DNA of 64,000 nt from a virus (lineage: Duplodnaviria; Caudoviricetes): the IMG/VR virus record IMGVR_UViG_3300037361_000044, positions 32,001 through 96,000 of that record, one strand, 5' to 3'. Within the stretch, counting starts at the first letter, position 1; every line of letters starts with the position of its first letter. Under the pieces are notes generated by a model. It worked only from the letters and a program-made list of their open reading frames with translations, did not search any database and was not told where the DNA came from. A program made the translations under genes and the position numbers. Positions 36,606-45,633 of the stretch are shown in pieces.

Positions 36606-37696
36606 GGTGTGTCTCCTTCTTCTCTCTTATGCCGGAAACCGGCTCTCAGTTGCACCAAGTGCTGTTGGCTGTTCTCCTTGCAACCCTTCCATGCGTCGCA
36701 TTCAGGTACATCCGTTCTCCCTAAGCACTCCACTGCCGTTGCCGAGAAGGATTTCCCGAAGCATGGCGGCATAGTAGCGGACGAGCCAGAGCGGATCTTG
36801 CAAGCTCTGTGCAGGTCACAGGCTGGCTTGTACGGACTGGTGCCGCACTTGGTACTACCCACACAATCGGGTTCCTTAGTTGAGAAGTGTATTCCAAAGC
36901 AGGCCGGGGGTAGGGACGGCGTTGAGCTGCGTGGCAACTCCGTTGCAGCCGTTGCAGTGTTGTAGACTTTGGCTGCGATGTTCTCTTTGATGATGGTGCG
37001 AGCTTTGTCCTTGAGCTGTTGCAGCTCCTTAGCAGCCGCTTGTTGCTCGAGTTCCTTCTTCTGCAGCAGCTTCTGTCGTTGTGCTTCTTTACGGGCCGCC
37101 GCCTGGGTGCGTAACTCCACTGCGCGCAAATCTTCTACGAAGAGTCGGTCTGCTCTCTCTTCTGGGGTTTCATTGATCCAAGGAATGGCCAGTACGCGCT
37201 CAGGGGGTTTCTTGAATCCTTCCTCCCAGTGGGGGTCGAAGTCAGACGCCAGCGCGCTTGCTTTTTCCTCTTCTTCCTCTTCATCCTCAGGTTCCTCGGT
37301 TTCTGGGGTCCACGCGCCAAGCACCTTCTGCATTTCCTTGCGTATATCCTCTTGCAGGATCTGCAACGAATCCTCGGACCACAGCGTGCCGTAGGTCTCG
37401 TAGTCCGTTGCACGCTTCGACTTGCGGTGTTCACGTCCGTCCAAGATCATGCCCCGATACAACTCGTCGCGGCACTCATGGCACATTGGTGAATGCCCGG
37501 CTTTCATGGAGGCACGAATCTGGCTAAGTGGTCTTTGTGCGTATCGTCCGCAGGTGCATTGCAGCATCCATACGTTTCTACCCGCATAGTTCTCTACAAT
37601 GTGCAGAGCGGTCAGCTCGCCAAACCGGCGCCCCTTCACACCATCTTCATCCAGCGCCAGCTTCTCCTCTGGCAGTACCTGTGCTGTAGCTTGCAT
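36602..37696 (-). CDS. multidomain protein: HNH-endonuclease-associated N-terminal motif, acidic tract, coiled coil, two Cys4 repeats
   Basis: GRRFGELTAL...WMLQCTCG; PACFG/PPCFG repeats; AAGGAG RBS. Confidence 0.65.
   Translation of the reverse strand: MQATAQVLPEEKLALDEDGVKGRRFGELTALHIVENYAGRNVWMLQCTCGRYAQRPLSQIRASMKAGHSPMCHECRDELYRGMILDGREHRKSKRATDYETYGTLWSEDSLQILQEDIRKEMQKVLGAWTPETEEPEDEEEEEEKASALASDFDPHWEEGFKKPPERVLAIPWINETPEERADRLFVEDLRAVELRTQAAARKEAQRQKLLQKKELEQQAAAKELQQLKDKARTIIKENIAAKVYNTATAATELPRSSTPSLPPACFGIHFSTKEPDCVGSTKCGTSPYKPACDLHRACKIRSGSSATMPPCFGKSFSATAVECLGRTDVPECDAWKGCKENSQQHLVQLRAGFRHKREEGDTP
36626..36654 (-). promoter_or_regulatory. class A promoter TGCAAC-N15-GGCATAAG
   Basis: Recurrent motif. 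Confidence 0.65.
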
Positions 37697-37714
37697 AGTG
37701 GCTCCTTCGTTGTA

Positions 37715-37743
37715 CTTATACCGTAAATACATGGAATTTGGGG
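37715..37743 (-). promoter_or_regulatory. class A promoter CCAA-N15-GGTATAAG
   Basis: Recurrent motif. Confidence 0.65.
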
Positions 37744-37769
37744 GCTACGAAGAAACGGGTTGTACCCGT
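37740..37769 (-). terminator. intrinsic terminator
   Basis: ACGGGT-acaa-CCCGT plus TTCTTCGTAGCCCC. Confidence 0.7.
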
Positions 37770-37810
37770 CTCTTGTGAGCTACTATCGTCAAGCTCAACC
37801 GATGCCAAAC

Positions 37811-38194
37811 CTATTGGTGCAGTCGGTTCATCCAATCGAGCAGGATGATGTCCTCCGCAATGTCCTCCTCCAGCTCGGTGGCGCGCTTCTCCAGCATAGC
37901 GAGAACGTCGTCCCGATCCTCCTCGGGCATGTCCATGATTCGGTAGTACTCGCCGACAGACAAGGCAATCGCCGCTTCCTTCCCGTCGTTGCCCGTATTC
38001 ATGTCCAGCACGTATTTGGTGCTCAGGGCATGGAGGAGCGCGGCGGCAACCTTGGTGTCATCGACGTACACGCGACTATCCAGAAGCATCAACATGACAT
38101 CTGCCGGGATTGCTCGAATCCTGGCTTTGACGTCAATCTCCGGCTTGTCGTTGGCTGCTGAGGTTGGTGCTACTGGTTCTGCTTCGAAACACAT
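37811..38194 (-). CDS. acidic hypothetical protein
   Basis: AGGAG RBS; class A promoter core at 38240-38247. Confidence 0.65.
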   Translation of the reverse strand: MCFEAEPVAPTSAANDKPEIDVKARIRAIPADVMLMLLDSRVYVDDTKVAAALLHALSTKYVLDMNTGNDGKEAAIALSVGEYYRIMDMPEEDRDDVLAMLEKRATELEEDIAEDIILLDWMNRLHQ

Positions 38195-38262
38195 GTGGTT
38201 CTATTCTCCTGGCGAGGGGGTTCTGTTCCTCTCACATCTCTTATCCCTGTTTTCCACGGTTT

Positions 38263-39249
38263 TTAGCGGCTCACAGTCTTTCCCTTGCTCCGTGGTGTAT
38301 TTTTGAACGCCTTGTTCAGAATGGTCGCTGGGTAAACGCCAACCGCGCGGCGCGCCCCGTTGATCTCCTCAGTAGCCGTCTTTGGTGGCTTGTGCCCGTA
38401 CTTGTCGATGAACAACGCGGTCGCGGCTCTACCCAGGGAGCTGTTGGCGACTGGAGCGTGTTCTGGCGTGTGGTTGCTGCGCCAGCTGGAGATGCTGTAC
38501 AAAGGTGCGCTTGGCGCAAGAGTGGCTGAGGGAGGATCTGTTTGCGCTGTCGAGGCAGTTGGCGTAACCACCACTATAGGCTTTGGCTTCTTCGCCTTGG
38601 CCGCGGCACCCTTGTTGGCAAGGGCCTTTTCACAGGTGGTTATGACCTCAGCCATTTGGGTTGTTATGGCGCGTGCCCTGTCTTCTAGTGAGGTTGCCTC
38701 CTCCAGCACCTGTTGCGGGCTTTCCAGCTCTGCTAGCTGCCCGCGCAGATCTTTTATGGCGTCCGTGTGTACGCGTACTTCTCGTTTCAGCTCCTGCACG
38801 TCCCCTGCTACAGCATCTAGGCTTGGGGCGACAATGATGCCTTGCTCCTGCTGCACAAGGGCCGTAGTCCGGTTGTACTCCTCCACAGCTAGTACATGGT
38901 TGAGCAGTAGGAAGAATGCTTTGACGTACTGTACGAGCAACGCACTGGCATTGGGGGTGTCCGACTTGCCGACGAGGAACATGACCTGGGGCTGGTTGAA
39001 GGCCATCTCTTCGAAGTCACGGGTAGCTCCTTGTCCCGCCTTGAGCTTGACCTGTACGGTACAGGTCTTGCCCAATTCTGCGAGTTTTTCGGCATGTCTG
39101 ACCGCCAGCTGCCTCAATGTGTCCTTGTCCTTGTACCCCAGCAGGTGGGCGAGGTCGGTGAGGCTGATGCGGGCTTGCTCTATGGCTTCCACCGTGGTCT
39201 CAGCCAGGTGGAATGGGATGCTGTTCTTGACGATTACGATGTCGGTCAT
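38263..39249 (-). CDS. phage antirepressor-like DNA-binding protein
   Basis: N-terminal ISLTDLAHLLGY...FNQPQVMFLVGKSDTPNA (Bro-N/Rha-like), coiled coil, C-terminal GRAA...YG..P.K...VGVYP; class A promoter core at 39287-39294. Confidence 0.7.
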   Translation of the reverse strand: MTDIVIVKNSIPFHLAETTVEAIEQARISLTDLAHLLGYKDKDTLRQLAVRHAEKLAELGKTCTVQVKLKAGQGATRDFEEMAFNQPQVMFLVGKSDTPNASALLVQYVKAFFLLLNHVLAVEEYNRTTALVQQEQGIIVAPSLDAVAGDVQELKREVRVHTDAIKDLRGQLAELESPQQVLEEATSLEDRARAITTQMAEVITTCEKALANKGAAAKAKKPKPIVVVTPTASTAQTDPPSATLAPSAPLYSISSWRSNHTPEHAPVANSSLGRAATALFIDKYGHKPPKTATEEINGARRAVGVYPATILNKAFKNTPRSKGKTVSR

Positions 39250-39422
39250 GGTTCTCCTGGCAGTTGGATGTTCTGCCCTCAGGTTGCTTATCCCTGTTCT
39301 GCCTGCGCTTTTCGACGCAGAAAGGCCCCCACCGGCAACCGATGAGGGCCTACTTGCAAGCAGCTTGGGGTCGACTGTAAAGTTTTGGACCCCTGATTGT
39401 AAAGTTTCTGAACAGCCGGTCG

Positions 39423-40586
39423 CTAAACGGTCTTGCCATCCACGGTAACCGACAAGGCATCGGTGACCACGATGAGGCGGGTGGTTGCCGTCGGCGCGGG
39501 GACAGGTACTGGAGTCGGCGTAGGCGCCACGGATCCTTGTAGGGCAGCGAGTAGCTTGGTGCCAACAGGCACGCCCATACCCGTGCAGCAATCGTAGCCT
39601 GCGCGCGCGGCGTAGGTGCCATTGTTGCCCACGGTGATGTCACGGCTCCAGCCAGCTAGGGCGTAGAGCTTATCGTTCATGAAGCCAACGTTCTTGCCCA
39701 AGGCTTGGCCCAAGCAGACTGAGAGGGCCGCCCACATGGGAGCAACTGCGCTTGTTCCTCCAATTACCAGCTGCTGCCCATCCACGATGATGACCCAACC
39801 GGTGTCGGGATCGGCGTTGCCACCCACGTCGGGTACACCGCGGTATTTGGCACCTGGTACGTTGGCTAATCTTTGCCAGTCCGGAAGGAGGAAGTGGGAG
39901 CTCACACCCCCGCCAGTGGCACCACCAGCGCTGCCGTCATTCCATACCGTCTCGTTGATGGGTGAGGTGGCGACCAGTGCTGTGCCTCCACAACCAAGCA
40001 CGTACGGGGAGCTGGAGGGGAAGTCTACATTCTTGCCAGGAAGCCCATCACCGGACCCGTTGTCCCCAGCCGCGGCTGTGACCGTGATTCCTGCGGCGGC
40101 AGCCTTAGCGAAGGCCGTGTTGAAACTGGCCATGACCGCGTCGGTCCAGTCCTTCTCTGGAGCTCCCCACGAGATGCTGATGGCATCCATACCGTCGGTG
40201 ATGGCCTGGATGATGGCCGCTAGGAATCCTGCGTCGGTGTTCGGAGCTGTGTAGCAGTGGAGCTCAGCACCTGGGGCCATGCCACCGATGACGCACAAGT
40301 CGAGCATCACTTCGCCGTCGGCCCCATCTGGTCCGTCCGAGGTGTTTTTGGCACCTTGAATCGAATGGAACAACACGGGCTTGACCGTGAGGCCCAAGCT
40401 CTTGAAGTAGGTGTCGAGGTCTGCTTGGTTGTAAGCTCCCCCAAGTTCGATGACGGCAACTTTCTTGCCGGTACCGGTGGAGCCTGGCGGGAATCCGTAG
40501 AAGGCAGCCAACTGTTTCGGAGTGTAATTGGTCCCGGTAGTGTGGTTCTTGAACCGTCCGTGCTTGAGGTATGAACGTAGTTTCAT
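39423..40586 (-). CDS. S53 (sedolisin/kumamolisin-like) serine peptidase, catalytic domain only
   Basis: DGEVMLD (Glu/Asp), SISWG, AAAGDNGS, GGTSAVAP (Ser), Ca site DITVGNN..GYDCCTGMG. Confidence 0.92.
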   Translation of the reverse strand: MKLRSYLKHGRFKNHTTGTNYTPKQLAAFYGFPPGSTGTGKKVAVIELGGAYNQADLDTYFKSLGLTVKPVLFHSIQGAKNTSDGPDGADGEVMLDLCVIGGMAPGAELHCYTAPNTDAGFLAAIIQAITDGMDAISISWGAPEKDWTDAVMASFNTAFAKAAAAGITVTAAAGDNGSGDGLPGKNVDFPSSSPYVLGCGGTALVATSPINETVWNDGSAGGATGGGVSSHFLLPDWQRLANVPGAKYRGVPDVGGNADPDTGWVIIVDGQQLVIGGTSAVAPMWAALSVCLGQALGKNVGFMNDKLYALAGWSRDITVGNNGTYAARAGYDCCTGMGVPVGTKLLAALQGSVAPTPTPVPVPAPTATTRLIVVTDALSVTVDGKTV

Positions 40587-40657
40587 CTTGGGTACTACTT
40601 CCTTTTGGCGGAGTGCCTAGGTAAGTAGTACCCAAACTGCAGCTACGGTCAATCTGG

Positions 40658-41260
40658 TTACTTCAAATCATGCGCGGCTGCAAAGGCATGGTGCTCTGCC
40701 TGGTCCCATTGGTTTGTGGCATTTCCATGAATGACGTGTCCGAGCTCGTGCTCGAAGGCAGTACTTTCAAGTGGATCTGTCATCTTGTCGTAATCCACCA
40801 TGAAGCAGTGTGTGCCGCTGATTGTGAAGCCCTTGCACAACCTGCCAGCCATTGGCGACACCGTTTCGTTCAGTGTCTTGTCGAACCACACCCAGTTGAT
40901 CTCCGATTTGACTATGGCCTCTGCGTTGGGGTGGTACGGGGTCCATCCTTCGATGGTTCTCTTGATGAGGGTATCCAGCACGTAATTGTCGTGCGGAAGA
41001 AGGTAGCCACCAGGGCTAACCATGAAACCGTAACGTGGGTACCAGATGAACTGGGAAAGCCACTTCTTACGCTGCAGCGCAAAGACTAGCCAGATACCGA
41101 TGAAGCAGAGGCCAACTACAGCAGTGAGGCACAGCCCCTCTTTTGCGTGTGGGCCCTGCACGCCGGAGAAGGCTGCGTAGATGAGTAGCCCTAGCGACAC
41201 GATGCCGCCAAGACCGATGGTGAGTAGATCGACTAATCGAAACCAGCTGGGCTTCTTCAT
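40658..41260 (-). CDS. membrane-anchored HExxH zinc metallopeptidase-like protein
   Basis: Two N-terminal TM helices, FEHELGHVIH; TGTTAGCCT -10 element 6 nt before ATG. Confidence 0.7.
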   Translation of the reverse strand: MKKPSWFRLVDLLTIGLGGIVSLGLLIYAAFSGVQGPHAKEGLCLTAVVGLCFIGIWLVFALQRKKWLSQFIWYPRYGFMVSPGGYLLPHDNYVLDTLIKRTIEGWTPYHPNAEAIVKSEINWVWFDKTLNETVSPMAGRLCKGFTISGTHCFMVDYDKMTDPLESTAFEHELGHVIHGNATNQWDQAEHHAFAAAHDLK

Positions 41261-41317
41261 GATGCGAGGCTAACACTGGGCTAAGAAAAAGCCCACAGGC
41301 GGCCCTTTCCCAGCGCT

Positions 41318-41809
41318 TTAGTTGGCCTCTGCTCCTGGAGGTGCCGGCGCCGCCCCAGGCTTCGGTCCAAGAATGACGCCGAACAGGTTCTTCAGCGCGT
41401 TCTCTCGGTCTACTCGCATCTGGTCGACGTCCGCGTTCTCGTAGTGCGCCATCGCGTGGGCGACGTACATCGAGCCCTTTACGTGGGCTCCTGCAGCAAC
41501 GCGCCCAGCAAGCGTCAAGAGCATGCACAGTAAATCCTGCGCCACCATGTCCATCACGCAGTCCAACGCCTCGGTTGAGATCGGCGTACCTGCGTCCGCT
41601 TGCGCTAGGCCCACTGCCTCGCACCCATCAATGCCACTGGTCATGGCCACGCTGTAGGCGTTGGCGAGTTTCTCTTCAAAGTCATCAATGGCCGCGGCGT
41701 AGATCGCCACCAGTCGCTCAGCGATCTCGGGAGCAACGAGCTCCTTCAGCTTCTCCCTTAGTCCATCTGCGCCATTGATCTCAGACACATCCTTACTTGA
41801 CTTGCTCAT
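41318..41809 (-). CDS. hypothetical protein
   Basis: 163 aa; followed by a TTTTTCTTAGCCC tail at 41278-41290. Confidence 0.65.
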   Translation of the reverse strand: MSKSSKDVSEINGADGLREKLKELVAPEIAERLVAIYAAAIDDFEEKLANAYSVAMTSGIDGCEAVGLAQADAGTPISTEALDCVMDMVAQDLLCMLLTLAGRVAAGAHVKGSMYVAHAMAHYENADVDQMRVDRENALKNLFGVILGPKPGAAPAPPGAEAN

Positions 41810-41844
41810 ATCATCACCTGGTTTCTGGCCGTTTTGCTACCTAG

Positions 41845-42771
41845 TCACTTCTTCAGCTTGTTCAGACGTTCTGTTGTGTTCGTATAGTCAAGGCCTTCGA
41901 TGATGGCGATTAGCCGTTCACGGCCGTCCATAGATAGGTTGGTGGACGCCAGCACGATGTCTCGTGCCTTCTTGGCGTTTGGTATGAAGAACAGCTCAAT
42001 ACGCTTTTTCAACTTGGCGAAGGCGGTACCCATGTCCTCAGGGGTTTCAGGTAACTCGTGGTCTGTCTTCACTGCGGGTGGATCCACTGGGGTCGCTGCA
42101 GCCTTATCTGGTTCTTTGTTGTATTCCAACTCTGTTTGCTGAGGAGCACGCTTGCTTTTATCGAGCTTGTCCCATTGCAGATTTAGAGCCCATTGCACAC
42201 ACGCGTAAGCTCTATTCGTTTCGCTTGGATTGTAGCGATCCTCCGTATTACCGCAGCTACTGCGATCTGGGTTTGCGTACGGAGCGCCCCATGCGTACTT
42301 CAAGATCTCTGCGTCATCTTCGTAGATGTGCTTGGCTGCCTTGGTTCCAAGCTTTAGCTGCTGCGTCAGACGGTACTTCAAAGTTTGCTTGGACTTGTTG
42401 CCTCGGCTGCTTGTTAGCTTTCGTCCTGCAACAGCCAGCCATAGGTCATCGAAGCCGTTTCCATGCACCATGTCTTGATGCAGAAGCACAAATAGAACCA
42501 CAGCGCGTGTACGCGGTGAGCAGGCAGTAAATTCCTCTCCGCGTGTGGTGTACCCTTTTCCAAACTCGAGAATAGCTGTTTGACTACGCTCAGGTGGAAC
42601 GCACGCCCACTCAGGTATGGTCAGCTCCTTGTCTGGCTTGGCTGCTAGCCTTTCTTTGTAGCCTTCTTTTTGCTGCGCACGCGCAATGTCCTTGTCGAAC
42701 TTCACGCAGTACTCAGAACCAGATTCTACCTTAGGTTTACGGACTCGTTTGACTGTTCTTTGCTCTGGCAT
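41845..42771 (-). CDS. hypothetical protein
   Basis: AGGAGG RBS, ATG 42771. Confidence 0.7.
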   Translation of the reverse strand: MPEQRTVKRVRKPKVESGSEYCVKFDKDIARAQQKEGYKERLAAKPDKELTIPEWACVPPERSQTAILEFGKGYTTRGEEFTACSPRTRAVVLFVLLHQDMVHGNGFDDLWLAVAGRKLTSSRGNKSKQTLKYRLTQQLKLGTKAAKHIYEDDAEILKYAWGAPYANPDRSSCGNTEDRYNPSETNRAYACVQWALNLQWDKLDKSKRAPQQTELEYNKEPDKAAATPVDPPAVKTDHELPETPEDMGTAFAKLKKRIELFFIPNAKKARDIVLASTNLSMDGRERLIAIIEGLDYTNTTERLNKLKK

Positions 42772-42808
42772 ATCCACCTCCTGGTGGGCTGCAATTACAA
42801 CCAAGTTG

Positions 42809-42844
42809 CTTATTCCGGCAACTTGCCACCGATTGCGGTATAAG
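42809..42844. promoter_or_regulatory. overlapping divergent class A promoters
   Basis: GCAAT-N15-GGAATAAG on minus and GGCAA-N15-GGTATAAG on plus; plus-strand ATG 6 nt downstream. Confidence 0.7.
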
Positions 42845-42850
42845 TACAAC

Positions 42851-43156
42851 ATGCAGGTCAGGATCATCCCCTATGCTGAGCTCTTCGTCACCGTCACTAT
42901 GACCTTGGACGAGACGGTGGCCTTGAGCTCCGCATTAAGTGGGCTACTCGATGGGACCTCTACGGAGTTGAGAAAGCTGCTCGAGTACGCACTGGAACGA
43001 GCGGCCCAGATGCAAGAGAGAGGAAAGAATGCCAAAGTGGACAATACTGGACAAGCAAACAAGGGAGCACCTAGGAGAGGTGACGGCGGACATTCAGAAG
43101 GACGCGCTGAGGTACGCCCAGCAGGAGTTCGGAAACGACGGAAGTCGGTACGTTGA
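42851..43156 (+). CDS. hypothetical protein (leaderless)
   Basis: ATG 6 nt after GGTATAAG. Confidence 0.5.
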   Translation: MQVRIIPYAELFVTVTMTLDETVALSSALSGLLDGTSTELRKLLEYALERAAQMQERGKNAKVDNTGQANKGAPRRGDGGHSEGRAEVRPAGVRKRRKSVR

Positions 43157-43451
43157 GGTGACGCTGCACTTGCAAGATCGGCCACCAGTGACACGTCCTC
43201 CGGGATTCACCTTGAGTCAGGAAGAGGTGGAGCTTGCGCTTCTCACCTGGGCCCGAGCCTTCAAGAATGTGCCAGAGGGGTTCAAGGTGAAAGTGGTTGT
43301 ACTGGCCAACCTCACGAAGCCAGCCATGCTGGCCCAGGTCTACGATGCCATGGAGAAGCCAGAGCCTGGGATCCACTACGATGAGGATCCGGAGGAGCCA
43401 GAGGACCAGGTGGAGGGATTTGGTCCAGGGGAGGCTCCAGAGGCAGGGTAG
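43029..43451 (+). CDS. hypothetical protein
   Basis: GAGGA RBS, acidic C-terminus. Confidence 0.6.
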   Translation: MPKWTILDKQTREHLGEVTADIQKDALRYAQQEFGNDGSRYVEVTLHLQDRPPVTRPPGFTLSQEEVELALLTWARAFKNVPEGFKVKVVVLANLTKPAMLAQVYDAMEKPEPGIHYDEDPEEPEDQVEGFGPGEAPEAG

Positions 43452-43619
43452 CTACAAGAGGCATCCGAAAGGGGTGAAAAGAGGGTCACTACTGAACATG
43501 CATCACGTAGTCCAGGGAGGCGCTTTTGCGGTTTGACCCCAAAGGTGTTTTTGGAGATTTGCTATAAAACAAGCCTTCCTGGAACGCTAACTGATCATTC
43601 TCTATTTTCTTCTAAGGAA

Positions 43620-43697
43620 GAACTTTTATTTCTGAAGAGGTATACCCCCCACCCCCTCTTGGTACCCCCAGCCCACCCCCTGAAGAAATAAAAGTTC
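43620..43697. repeat. 14-bp perfect inverted repeat enclosing five C-tracts
   Basis: GAACTTTTATTTCT (43620-33) / AGAAATAAAAGTTC (43684-97). Confidence 0.9.
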
Positions 43698-43769
43698 CGA
43701 GAAGAAGCACACCAGCGAAAGAGCAACCTACCAGGTGTATTTCCCTGGATTCTTTCGAAGGAGGCCGTT

Positions 43770-44350
43770 GTGGCCACCAAAAAGAGACGCCCTAAGCGGC
43801 TGGCAACCCCTGTGCAGCAACAGACGCCAGCCGTGTGGACTGACTGGCTTCGGGATCTCGAGGCAGAGGCCAACCAGATTCCGCAACCTGGAGAAGTACA
43901 TGCCGTACAGCAGGATCGTAGAAAGCAAAGACTTGGAGCGACAAGATGACGTTCTCGATGAGCTGGGACCGGAGCGGAAAGCCCCGACTCTCAAAGCGCG
44001 CCCCCGCCGTACTGCGACGGCTGGTCGAGGAGGGGCACTTCAACCAAAAGCCGATGCCAGAGTACTCAAAGCCACGAAAGCGACCAGAGCAGTTCTTCAG
44101 GTTCAGAAAGTCAGCGGTGCCACCAGTGGGTAGCAATCCCTTCGGCGTGGCTCCTGCTGAGGAGTGGCTGGATGGGGATCGCCGGAACAACACCCAGGAT
44201 GGGGCACCTCGCTACCTCAGGGTAGTTGCCGTGGGTGATACCCACGCTGTCGTGGAGAACAAGGCTACGGGGCACAGGTCCACCGTCAAGCTCACCAACT
44301 TCTCAGGGAAGCCCAAGAAGCTATCACGTGTGGGGAAGGTACATGGCTAG
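43770..44350 (+). CDS. hypothetical gene, apparently split over three frames
   Basis: AAGGAGG RBS plus GTG 43770; codon bias appears to move +1 near 43880 and near 44003. Confidence 0.4.
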
Positions 44351-44475
44351 GTACCTTCTGGCATTGCTATTCACTTTCCTGCCGTTCGCGGCGGGTTACT
44401 TAGTTGGGTTCCGTAGGGGGCTCTATCGAGCCCAGAAAGGAGGAGGCGTGCAAGCTTCCTCGAGGAAGGCGTCGG

Positions 44476-44808
44476 ATGTCCAGAGGTAGGAAGCCGACGT
44501 ATCGATTGCTCATAACTGAGAAATTCAACAAGAAAAGTAAGACGTTTGCAGGAGTGGCATTTGCGGGCAACTTCAACTCCTTGAACATCTGCCTGAATCC
44601 CGGAGTCCGGCTGGATTGGCGGGACATGGACAGTGTTTGGCTCACCTTGGTACCGTACACGGGGGACTACAATGCCCCCGATGTGGACCCAGGGCCTGCC
44701 TCAGATGTTGAAGAGCCTACAAAAGTAGAGCAAGCTGAGACCAGTGCCAATGACGACAAGCCCGAAGAAGGACGACCCCCATCAAGAGACGACGACTTCC
44801 CCTTCTGA
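44476..44808 (+). CDS. putative single-stranded DNA-binding protein
   Basis: Small beta domain, acidic linker and SSB-type C-terminal DDDFPF. Confidence 0.6.
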   Translation: MSRGRKPTYRLLITEKFNKKSKTFAGVAFAGNFNSLNICLNPGVRLDWRDMDSVWLTLVPYTGDYNAPDVDPGPASDVEEPTKVEQAETSANDDKPEEGRPPSRDDDFPF

Positions 44809-45394
44809 GAAGATCCGAGTCTTGTTCGATGTGGATGGCGTCATTGCTGACTACGCTCAGCTACATGTGCATGCTGTGATCGCCGCGGGGGTGCGCAACA
44901 TCCCCACGGCATGGCGTCCTAGTCAGTGGGACATCAACAAGGAGTTGAAGCTGACGAAAGAGGAAGCAGACAGGGTTCAGAAGCTCGTAGACTTTCCAGG
45001 CGCAGCCAAGTCGCTGGTCCCGTTTCCTGGGGCCGTCGAGGCGGTCAAGCGTATGGCCGAGATTGCCGACGTGTACTTTGTGACAGCCATCATGCCTGAC
45101 AGCCCCACTTGGGGGTTCGACCGCACTGAGTGGTTGAAGGAGAAGTTCGGCAATGAGCTCGGAAAGAAGTTTGTGCTCACCGATCACAAGTACCTCATAC
45201 CTGCGGCGTACTTGGTAGATGACAAGGTGGACAACTGCAAGACCTGGGAAGCATGGAACCCTGGAGGCATCGCACTACGATGGTGCGTGACCGGCATGTC
45301 CTTAGAGAAGGACCTCATCAATGTTACGGACTGGTCGACTGTTGAGAGGTTTGTGGAGATAGCAGCGCAACGCAGGGCGAACTTTCTACGTTGA
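44750..45394 (+). CDS. HAD-family 5'(3')-deoxyribonucleotidase (NT5C-like)
   Basis: FDVDGVIAD, PFPGA, YFVTA, K, LVDDK. Confidence 0.88.
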   Translation: MTTSPKKDDPHQETTTSPSEKIRVLFDVDGVIADYAQLHVHAVIAAGVRNIPTAWRPSQWDINKELKLTKEEADRVQKLVDFPGAAKSLVPFPGAVEAVKRMAEIADVYFVTAIMPDSPTWGFDRTEWLKEKFGNELGKKFVLTDHKYLIPAAYLVDDKVDNCKTWEAWNPGGIALRWCVTGMSLEKDLINVTDWSTVERFVEIAAQRRANFLR

Positions 45395-45448
45395 ACGAGG
45401 GCCGCCCGCAAGGGCGACCTTTGCTAGCTCACAGAAGGGATGGGGATC

Positions 45449-45631
45449 ATGAATTCAACATTGGCGAAGGCATGGGAAGTACTGCTGGTGATGCAGCAGT
45501 GGGCGTGGACCGGCTTGCGGTGGTTTTTGATGGTGATGGGTGCGGCGACGTTGTTGGCCCTTATTGTCGGAATTGGAGTCGGCAAGTACTTCTCGAACAA
45601 GGGCATAAGCGGAGCTGAAGGAGACAAGTAG
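45449..45631 (+). CDS. small membrane protein
   Basis: Single TM helix. Confidence 0.5.
   Translation: MNSTLAKAWEVLLVMQQWAWTGLRWFLMVMGAATLLALIVGIGVGKYFSNKGISGAEGDK
45581..45609 (+). promoter_or_regulatory. class A promoter GGCAAG-N15-GGCATAAG
   Basis: Exact bipartite motif upstream of the AAGGAG RBS of 45634. Confidence 0.6.
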
Positions 45632-45633
45632 TT

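Noticed and set aside
36602-37696. Active HNH homing endonuclease
   Set aside because: Only the N-terminal accessory motif is present; no HNH catalytic core
38360-39448. 362-aa + strand ORF (likewise 3675..4457, 39679..40254 and 54985..55695)
   Set aside because: Antisense shadows of better-supported minus-strand genes that have an RBS, a promoter and recognisable motifs
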